From contig JBGAON010000004.1 of assembly GCA_044221725.1 (NCBI GenBank), positions 96,001-160,000 of the forward strand: a stretch of DNA of 64,000 nucleotides. The letters run 5' to 3'. This document shows positions 57,026-64,000 of the stretch, in pieces (position 1 is the first letter of the stretch; each line of letters opens with the position of its first letter). The stretch comes from Elusimicrobiota bacterium. GTDB lineage: Bacteria > Elusimicrobiota > Elusimicrobia > F11. The position numbers and the translations under genes were made by a program. The notes below the pieces were generated by a model. It was given only the letters and a program-made list of their open reading frames with translations. It was not told the origin of the DNA and ran no database searches.

Positions 57026-57056
57026 GTGTCCGGGCTCCCGCCTTCGCAGGGCTGCG
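56966..57056. repeat. Inverted pair of CGTC-tagged (dRS3-like) palindromic repeats
   Basis: CGTCG-TTCCCGC-GAAG-GCGGGAA-TCCAG (56966-56993) and degenerate inverted partner CCGGGCTCCCGCCTTCGCAGGGCTGCG (57030-57056). Confidence 0.8.
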
Positions 57057-57059
57057 AAC

Positions 57060-57926
57060 TTAGTTTGAGTCCCGCTTTAGGGGCATCACGCCGGCGAGTT
57101 CGCCGATCACGTTCACGAGTTCCGCGTTGGTTGGCACCACGATCTTTGCGTTGTCTTCGAGCGACGCTTGAACGGTCTCCAATTTCTTCAGCATCTGGGC
57201 GTTGCCGACAAAATATTTGTTGGCCGCTTCGTTCACCAATCGGATCGCTTCGGCTTCGCCTTCCGCTTGCAGAATGCGTGCCTGCCGAACCCCTTCCGCT
57301 TCTTTGATTGCTGCCCGCTTCTTTCCGTCGGCCGCGGTTTCCGCCGCGGTGGCAAAGTCAACAGCGGCGAGTTTTTCGTTCTCGGCTTTTACAATCTTGT
57401 TCATGGTTTCCTGCACGTCTTTGGGGGGATCAATTTCTTTGAGTTCGGCGCGAACAATATCAATACCCCAGCTCTGCGTTTCGTGCAGCAACACTTTCAA
57501 AAGCTCTTCGTTAATTTTTCCGCGTTCGCTGTTCGCGGATTTGAGCGTGAGCGTGCCGATGATGTTGCGCAGCGTGGTGCGCGCGAGGTTCACAATCTGA
57601 AGCGTTACGTTGTTCACGTTGTACTGCGAATATTTCACGCTCTGTTCATCACTTTTGATACGGAAGTATATTTGCGCGTCGACGACCGCGTTTAAGTTGT
57701 CGTTCGTGATGATTTCTTGCGGTTGTGCGCCGATCATTTGTTCGGTTACATTCACTTGATACAGACTATCCATGAACGGAACAATCCAATGAAAGCCGGG
57801 CTCCGCAAACGCGTGATATTTTCCAAGTCGCTCAATGAGTCCACGGTGGGTGGGCCGAACAATCCGCACACCCAAAACAAAGAGCACCACAACCAAAATA
57901 ATTGATCCCGAAAAAATTTCAAACAT
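57060..57926 (-). CDS. SPFH/band 7 (QmcA-like) protein
   Basis: N-terminal TM, IERLGKY, QEIITNDN..VDA, TTLRNIIG, WGI, AE.EK, AEGEAEAI. Confidence 0.95.
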   Translation of the reverse strand: MFEIFSGSIILVVVLFVLGVRIVRPTHRGLIERLGKYHAFAEPGFHWIVPFMDSLYQVNVTEQMIGAQPQEIITNDNLNAVVDAQIYFRIKSDEQSVKYSQYNVNNVTLQIVNLARTTLRNIIGTLTLKSANSERGKINEELLKVLLHETQSWGIDIVRAELKEIDPPKDVQETMNKIVKAENEKLAAVDFATAAETAADGKKRAAIKEAEGVRQARILQAEGEAEAIRLVNEAANKYFVGNAQMLKKLETVQASLEDNAKIVVPTNAELVNVIGELAGVMPLKRDSN

Positions 57927-57938
57927 TGTCTTTCTCCC

Positions 57939-59723
57939 CTATTTTTCGTTTGAGCCGTACAGCAATGTGCCTTCGACACTAGCAAGACTTAATGTGTCGG
58001 ATGATCCGCGGGAGTTGCGTGCACCGTTTATAGCCTGAAATATCACTTTGATGCGTTTCTGTTGCCCCTCATGCGACAACGTCATCAACGCACGAGGAAC
58101 ATTCCAGCGATCATCCTCATAGCTTTTACGAATGTTCTCAATTACCGGCAAGGTCGGGAATGTGATGGCCGGGTCGTTCTCTTTTTGGACGGTCATTTGT
58201 GAAAAATCCTTCGCAACGGTGATTTTGAAGTTTGGGAGCCCGCTGACCGCGGAACCGCTGGCAAAAAACAAATCACCACGGTTGTTGTCTTTAATCATTT
58301 GAAAATGCACGGACCAATCGTATCCCTTCACTTCTTCAATTTTCCTGAATTCCGCATTCCAATAAAATGGCGCATTTTCCGTTTCTCTTTTCCACGGATT
58401 CACGTATCTCAGTCCCAACATCTCCATAATGTCGGCACTCGACTTTTCGGTAATGGATTCCGAAAACAAAGGTTGGATTGTTTTATAGCCATGCATGCGC
58501 TGGAGATAATCCAACGCGCCGCTAATATTCTTTTCTTGTTCGAAACTCGCGCCTTTCGCTTTGGACACGGTTTTGCCGTTAAAAGCACCGACGTCTCGCA
58601 GCAACGATTCCAAACGGCTTTTCTGCCAATGCCGCGATATATTGAAGGCGCTCCACGGTCCAACCGCTGTTAAAAAACATAGCACGCAAAGCGTTGCTGG
58701 GATAATCCGAATGTTCCGGTTCCGTGTCCACGTAAACCAACTCGCAACGAACATCAGCCAGCCGGCGATAACGAAGAGAAAATAGCGGCGCTCGGTCAGC
58801 CCGTACGCATCGGTCCTTTTCCAAACCGCCCACACCAAAAGAACAATAAGGGGGAAGAGCGCGATGTAAAAATATTTTGAAAATCGCTGCACCCAACGAT
58901 GATCAGCGGAATCCTGCAACGGATGTATCAACAACAGAGAAAAAATGCCGAGAATTGCAGCACTGGAGACGAGGTAGCCAATGGTCCCTTTCGGCCAATC
59001 GCGCAAGCCAATAATTTTTCCCATGTAAAGGTACAGAATGACGAAATAAAGAGTGACGAGCGGCAGCAACACGTATTGCGTGAAAACACGAATCTCGTTC
59101 GGATAGCGCGTGTCCGTATCCAGTGTGTCGATGTCGTCGGGAACGCCAGAAAGAAAAAACCACGTGTTAAAAACGAACGAAAGGAACAGAAACAAATCGG
59201 AATAGACCTTCGCATTTATTTTTACATTCAATAGCGAGTCGATGGCCCAAAGCGCAATCGCCAAGCCGGCGCAAAGCGTACCGGTGTAAATCGCGGACAT
59301 AATAAACCGCACAAAGAGCAAGCGGTTGAATTGCCAAAAGCCTTGAGTGGTGCCGCGTCCAATAAACGGAGCGAATGCCACAAACAAATGAAAGCCCGCG
59401 TTAAATTGGCAGAAGCGGATCCAATAGAGCGTTGTATAGGAAGAGTTGTAAGACCGTTCAAACGCTAACAGGAATGCCGTGCAAAGAATAAGTCCGAGCA
59501 TGCGGATTATTCTCTTTTTGTCATCGTGCGACTCCGCCAGCATCGCGATTGAGAAAGAAAGAGGGATTCCCAGGCTCAGCGTTTGCAAATACACCATGAG
59601 CACGTCGTGCGGGGCTGGCCAGTGGTTTATCGTGATCGCAATTGCCGCGCAACCGGTGGCGATAAGTAACGTTTCGGGGAACCGCAGAAATGTTTCTTTG
59701 GCACGGTCCAAAATGAATTTCAT
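57939..59723 (-). CDS. DUF4153-like membrane protein
   Basis: RFP, FW.FN, YVLLPL...Y..ILY.Y, YGLTERRY, GPWSAF; start trimmed to MKFILDR. Confidence 0.75.
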   Translation of the reverse strand: MKFILDRAKETFLRFPETLLIATGCAAIAITINHWPAPHDVLMVYLQTLSLGIPLSFSIAMLAESHDDKKRIIRMLGLILCTAFLLAFERSYNSSYTTLYWIRFCQFNAGFHLFVAFAPFIGRGTTQGFWQFNRLLFVRFIMSAIYTGTLCAGLAIALWAIDSLLNVKINAKVYSDLFLFLSFVFNTWFFLSGVPDDIDTLDTDTRYPNEIRVFTQYVLLPLVTLYFVILYLYMGKIIGLRDWPKGTIGYLVSSAAILGIFSLLLIHPLQDSADHRWVQRFSKYFYIALFPLIVLLVWAVWKRTDAYGLTERRYFLFVIAGWLMFVASWFTWTRNRNIRIIPATLCVLCFLTAVGPWSAFNISRHWQKSRLESLLRDVGAFNGKTVSKAKGASFEQEKNISGALDYLQRMHGYKTIQPLFSESITEKSSADIMEMLGLRYVNPWKRETENAPFYWNAEFRKIEEVKGYDWSVHFQMIKDNNRGDLFFASGSAVSGLPNFKITVAKDFSQMTVQKENDPAITFPTLPVIENIRKSYEDDRWNVPRALMTLSHEGQQKRIKVIFQAINGARNSRGSSDTLSLASVEGTLLYGSNEK

Positions 59724-59842
59724 CGAGGGAAGCCGGAGCAACATGGAAAGAGTATTTAACAAAAGCACCGCTGCTTCAAGCGTTAAAAGTTTATTTATTA
59801 TGATCGGCCGATCTGAATAATTAGGAGGAACCCGCCCAAGCC

Positions 59843-60961
59843 GTGCTTCCGCCAAGCAGATCGTCAAATCGCCTTTTGTCTTTGGACGTTTTCCGTGGTC
59901 TCACTATTGTGGGCATGCTAATTGTGAACAGCCCCGGCAATGGCACCGCGTTCGCGCCGCTCGAGCACGCCGAATGGAACGGCTGGACGCCAACCGATCT
60001 CGTTTTTCCGTTCTTCCTATTCATTGTTGGTGTTTCGCTCGTGCTATCGTTTTCGAAGCGTCGCCAGGACGGTTTCGTTCAAACCGATCTCGTTGTCCAA
60101 ATCGCAAAACGCACGGGCATTATTTTCTTGTTCGGTTTGTTGCTGAATGGTTTTCCATATAACCATCTGGGGTCCATTCGCATTCCCGGCGTGTTGCAGC
60201 GTATTTCTATTTGTTACTTTTTTGCTTCGCTCGCGTATTTGTATTTTCGCCCGCGAACGTTGATTGCGCTCACGGCCGCGTTGTTAATGGGATATTGGTG
60301 GACGATGACGAACATCCCGGTGCCGGGTTTTGGTGTTGGCGTTTTAACCAAAGAAGGAAATCTCGCGGCGTACATCGACCGCTTGGTTTTTGCCGGACAT
60401 ATGTACACGCCGGAGTACGATCCCGAAGGACTTTTCAGCACTCTGCCGGCCATCGCCACAACGTTGATTGGTGTTCTAACCGGATGTTCGTTGATTCGAC
60501 CGGACACGATGGGCAAAAAAACGTTTGGAATGTTTTCGTGCGGATTGATTCTAGTGGGCGCCGGCTTGCTTACGGATTTGTTTTTCCCGATCAATAAAGC
60601 GTTGTGGACGAGTTCCTACGTGTTGTTCACGGCCGGCGCGGCGTTGATTGTGTTCGCATGTTTGTACGGTTTCATTGAGATTGAAGGTTTGCGCCGCGGA
60701 ACGATGTTTTTCGAGGTGTTTGGCGTGAACGCGCTATTTGCGTATGTGACGCCGCTCTTTCTTCTGAAAACGCTAAATCGCATCCCAATCGCGATGCCGG
60801 ACGGCTCGTCTGGAAACGCGCGTTTGTTTTTCACTCATTACGCGTTTGAGATATGGACAACGCCTATGATGGCGTCTTTATTGTTTGCGCTGTTTCACTT
60901 GTTTCTGTGGTTTTTTGTATTGCGCCTTCTGTATCAAAAACGCCTGTTCATTAAGATCTGA
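59843..60961 (+). CDS. HGSNAT-like membrane acyltransferase
   Basis: RLLSLDVFRG, HAEWNG.TPTDLVFPFFLF, GVLQRI, DPEG, PINK.LWTSSY. Confidence 0.92.
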   Translation: MLPPSRSSNRLLSLDVFRGLTIVGMLIVNSPGNGTAFAPLEHAEWNGWTPTDLVFPFFLFIVGVSLVLSFSKRRQDGFVQTDLVVQIAKRTGIIFLFGLLLNGFPYNHLGSIRIPGVLQRISICYFFASLAYLYFRPRTLIALTAALLMGYWWTMTNIPVPGFGVGVLTKEGNLAAYIDRLVFAGHMYTPEYDPEGLFSTLPAIATTLIGVLTGCSLIRPDTMGKKTFGMFSCGLILVGAGLLTDLFFPINKALWTSSYVLFTAGAALIVFACLYGFIEIEGLRRGTMFFEVFGVNALFAYVTPLFLLKTLNRIPIAMPDGSSGNARLFFTHYAFEIWTTPMMASLLFALFHLFLWFFVLRLLYQKRLFIKI

Positions 60962-60969
60962 GCGCGGCC

Positions 60970-61746
60970 CTAGGCCGGAATAGAAAACTCAGCCCACACA
61001 ACCGTGTGGTCGGACGGCGTGTCCGCCTTGCGCGGCGCCAAATCCACTTCGATTGCCGTACACGCTTTCGCTAAGTCGGGCGTCGCAAGAATATGATCGA
61101 TGCGCCATCCTTTGTTGCGCGCGAACGATTGCGAAAAAAAATCCCAAAAGGTGTACGACACGACGTCCGGATATTTGAATCGAAACACATCGACGAAGCG
61201 GCCGTGAACCGTCTCTTGGTACGCCTGACGCGCGGCTTCATGAAAGCACGGGTGGTTTTTGTTCGGGCCCGGGTTCGCCAAGTCAATCGGCTCAGGAGCA
61301 ATATTCAAATCACCAAGCCACACGGTTGGCCGTTTGTTTTTCAAATGCGCATCGAAATACGTGCGCAGTCGCTCAAACCACTTCAATTTGTATTGGTACT
61401 TGGGCGAATCGATCTTGTAACCCTGTGGAACATAGCTGTTGATGACCTGCACGCCGCCCACAAAGGTTTGCAGCAATCGAAAATCTTCGGAATCCGGCCC
61501 GTCCTGAAAACCATAAACGATCTGATCCGGCTTTTGTTTCGTGAGCGTCGCGACACCGTTGTACGCTTTCATGCCACGAAACGCGACATGGTAGCCGAGG
61601 TCTTGTAGCGGCTGAAGCGGAAATTCTTCGTCGACAACTTTCGTTTCCTGCAGGCACATCACGTCCGGATTATTCGCTTTTATCCAGTCGATCACGATCG
61701 GCATACGTTTCCGGATAGAGTTGCAGTTGTAGGTAGCAATTTTCAT
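60970..61746 (-). CDS. xth: Exodeoxyribonuclease III
   Basis: MKIATYNCNS, LQETK, YNGVA, YVPQG, GDLNIAP, GWRIDH, SDH. Confidence 0.96.
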   Translation of the reverse strand: MKIATYNCNSIRKRMPIVIDWIKANNPDVMCLQETKVVDEEFPLQPLQDLGYHVAFRGMKAYNGVATLTKQKPDQIVYGFQDGPDSEDFRLLQTFVGGVQVINSYVPQGYKIDSPKYQYKLKWFERLRTYFDAHLKNKRPTVWLGDLNIAPEPIDLANPGPNKNHPCFHEAARQAYQETVHGRFVDVFRFKYPDVVSYTFWDFFSQSFARNKGWRIDHILATPDLAKACTAIEVDLAPRKADTPSDHTVVWAEFSIPA

Positions 61747-61840
61747 AAGGAGCGGATTCTAGCAAGGTGCCGGCGAGCATCGGCAAAATCGCCAAGCGGT
61801 TTTGAAAACGGCGTAACGCGGTCTTACCTCGAAACCCTAA

Positions 61841-62383
61841 CTAGCGAGGATTGCCGAAGTCCGCACGGATGTTTTCCATTTCTTGCGTTAATTCGGCAAT
61901 TTGGTTGGAGAGAACGTCGTTTTTCTTTCGCAGCGCCGCCACCGTTTTATCGGAGTCGGCGTCAATCATGTCGATGCGTTTCTGGTGACGTCCACCTTCG
62001 TACGCGGTGGTCATCCAGGTGTCAACAATGGTTAGCAGTTGATCTTCGGGAATCATCCGTTCGCCCAGCGATAGCACGTTCGCGTTGTTGTGCGCGCGTG
62101 CGTATTCGGCCGATTTCACGTTCCAGCAGAGAGTGCAGCGCACCCCGGGAACACGGTTGGCGACGATCGCTTCTCCGTTCCCCGATCCACCAAGAACAAT
62201 ACCGCGTTCAAACTCGCCGCGGCTCACGGCTTCGGCGACGGGACGGATGAACAAAGGATAATCGGTCGACTCGGTGGAATGCGTACCGTAATCTTTTACG
62301 TCGTGTCCCTGAGCGTCCAGATGTTTTTTAATGATTTCTTTGTAGCGATACCCGGCGTGATCCGAGCCAATAGCAATTTTCAT
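61841..62383 (-). CDS. rpiB: Ribose-5-phosphate isomerase B with C-terminal extension
   Basis: MKIAIGSDHAG, DYP, GGSGNGE..ANR, HNNANVLSLG, GGRH.KR. Confidence 0.93.
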   Translation of the reverse strand: MKIAIGSDHAGYRYKEIIKKHLDAQGHDVKDYGTHSTESTDYPLFIRPVAEAVSRGEFERGIVLGGSGNGEAIVANRVPGVRCTLCWNVKSAEYARAHNNANVLSLGERMIPEDQLLTIVDTWMTTAYEGGRHQKRIDMIDADSDKTVAALRKKNDVLSNQIAELTQEMENIRADFGNPR

Positions 62384-62420
62384 GGTTGGCATTGTATCGA
62401 ATTCGGCGGATTGGCAGAAA

Positions 62421-63662
62421 TTAGCGTTGGAATTCGGTATAGGAGCTGCCCATCGTCCAGGGGCCCGAACCGCAAGCGATGACGTTGTATTTTTCAATGC
62501 GGATTGTGGTCGATGTGGGCATTGTGATCAGCATCGAATATCCAACGAACGCCGGTTGTCCAACGGGATCATAGAAGGTGTCGTAACAATAGACCTGGCC
62601 ATCGGCCGACACTTGTCCGAAATCTCGGTTGTGCGTGCCGCTGGTAAGCGGATCGAACGGAAAAAATCGTGAGCTGGCTCCGGTCACGGACGTACCGATT
62701 GAGATAACTTGGCGCGGGTTATAAACATTGTCTTTGATAAGAGACAAGTGGGGATCTTCGGGGCTATCGGGTGCGCCGATCTTGTACCAATCTCCAAACG
62801 CCGTGCCGGTAACGTCGTAAAGAATTTCGCCGCAGAGCGGTATGGCGGTTCGTTGGTGGCCACCGTCAAACTGCCCCAGATGAGGTTCGAGCACGTTTTT
62901 TATCGTGGCTGCGAAGTAGTCGATTGGGCAAACGGTGAACGCTTGATTCGAGTAATGGCGCGACGGAGCCGAAAACGTGAGCGGCGTGCGCCGATAATCA
63001 TACGAACCGAAATCGAGCGCGGCCGCGGTTCCTCCGGCGGTTCCGATCACGTCGCCCGCGGACACGATGATATTCGTGGTGGCGTCGCACCGATGAAACA
63101 GATTTCCGCCCGTTGAATAATCCATGCAATGTTGATCGGACGAATTGAGCGCTGTCAGAATCGGCGCACTCAAAGACTTCACGTGTCCAAAATACGACTT
63201 CAATTCACGGCATGCGAAAAATTCCATTCCATAATCGATGGTCGCCGGATTGCCATTGACATAGGAAGAAGAGATGGCCGTGATGTGCATATCGCCGGGA
63301 GCGAGCAGGTTCGTGACCACGCGCGGACCCGTCGGCGCGGAGGAAACGATCGGTGCGATGTAGAAATAGATGTGATCCGATGGAAACGTGTGGCCCGGCG
63401 GGTTCACGTGCCCCAAAGGATCGATGGCTTGAATATCCGCGAGCGCGATTGGAGAAACGGAATACGGCGTGTCGGTGCAAGGCGGCAACAAATTCGCAAC
63501 GCTATCGCCGGTGCTGTTTAGACGATCGATCTCTGTTGCTTTCGCGATAACGGCGCTGCCCGTGTGCGCCGCCGCATTTCCGAGCCCCATTTTGAGACCG
63601 CCGGCGAAGCCGGACGGCCTCCAAACAAGCACCAGTAGTCCTGCGAAAATGATTTTTTTCAT
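62421..63662 (-). CDS. Secreted Cys-rich protein, possible M23-like barrel-sandwich fold
   Basis: Signal peptide MKKIIFAG...FA; PPGHTFPSDH, YFGHV, VSAGDVIGTAGG; several cysteines. Confidence 0.6.
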   Translation of the reverse strand: MKKIIFAGLLVLVWRPSGFAGGLKMGLGNAAAHTGSAVIAKATEIDRLNSTGDSVANLLPPCTDTPYSVSPIALADIQAIDPLGHVNPPGHTFPSDHIYFYIAPIVSSAPTGPRVVTNLLAPGDMHITAISSSYVNGNPATIDYGMEFFACRELKSYFGHVKSLSAPILTALNSSDQHCMDYSTGGNLFHRCDATTNIIVSAGDVIGTAGGTAAALDFGSYDYRRTPLTFSAPSRHYSNQAFTVCPIDYFAATIKNVLEPHLGQFDGGHQRTAIPLCGEILYDVTGTAFGDWYKIGAPDSPEDPHLSLIKDNVYNPRQVISIGTSVTGASSRFFPFDPLTSGTHNRDFGQVSADGQVYCYDTFYDPVGQPAFVGYSMLITMPTSTTIRIEKYNVIACGSGPWTMGSSYTEFQR

Positions 63663-63663
63663 A

Positions 63664-64000
63664 TCAAAAGAAAAAGATAAGCGCCGCATCGCCAACAAGA
63701 TCCACTTCTGTTTTGTCGGCGTGGGTGCGTTTTTCCTTAAGCTGAATGAAATATGGCCCGGCATCGACGTTGAGAACAAAATGCGTTGATAGCTTCGTGC
63801 CAAGCCCAAAGAAAGCTCCAGCAGAAATTCCATCGGCCGAATAGTTGGTGTTTTTCTGTTTTGTGCCGATTGCCGCCGCCTCCAGTCCGCAAAACGGTAG
63901 GAACCGATTCGCTGTCGGAAAAAGCCGATAGGTACGCAATCCGACAATCGATGAGGTTGTTTCCACATTCTCATTGGAATGGTCGGACCCGAATTGGGCT
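63664..64000 (-). CDS. Outer-membrane beta-barrel protein (5' end outside window)
   Basis: Alternating beta-strand pattern (PFCGLE, GAFFGLG, LNVDAGPY) and C-terminal Phe; frame appears open to the window edge. Confidence 0.65.
   Translation of the reverse strand, partial: AQFGSDHSNENVETTSSIVGLRTYRLFPTANRFLPFCGLEAAAIGTKQKNTNYSADGISAGAFFGLGTKLSTHFVLNVDAGPYFIQLKEKRTHADKTEVDLVGDAALIFFF

Noticed and set aside
1..64000. CRISPR array, integrase, transposase, prophage or defence system
   Set aside because: No regularly spaced direct repeats or such protein motifs were seen. The methyltransferases are small-molecule/sugar type without DNA MTase catalytic motifs.

Overview
A 64 kb chromosomal segment from a diderm bacterium (TolC, a beta-barrel fragment and lipoproteins are present). 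GC looks moderate, roughly 50-55% by eye. The gene style suggests Elusimicrobiota, but that is an unverified impression. Contents: (i) two large cell-surface glycosylation regions (1-10148 and 21270-37927) with 7 SAM methyltransferases, 3 GT2, 4 GT4, 5 GT-C/ArnT-like membrane proteins, 2 O-antigen-ligase/TPR proteins, a MurJ-like flippase, a deacetylase and a WecE-type aminotransferase; (ii) tRNA-Glu(CTC), an acyltransferase remnant and a lone crtI; (iii) an A1-type heme-copper oxidase operon (12264-21126) led by a putative blue-copper lipoprotein and containing a CtaA-CtaB fusion, a small CxxC protein, an ABC pair, SCO and DUF420; (iv) a CNNM-CBS-PTS EIIA fusion; (v) an HtrA/ECF sigma/anti-sigma/RseB-like locus with a small His/Lys-rich secreted peptide; (vi) a TolC-YbhGFSR-type efflux system, ArnT and assorted housekeeping genes. 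The strongest sequence-level observations are a shared motif CGAAGA-NN-TAA-N10-CGTAT in front of both the ECF gene and the peptide gene, and two different palindromic repeat elements translated in-frame inside signal-peptide regions. No CRISPR array, rRNA, integrase or transposase was seen. All calls come from motif reading without database searches.
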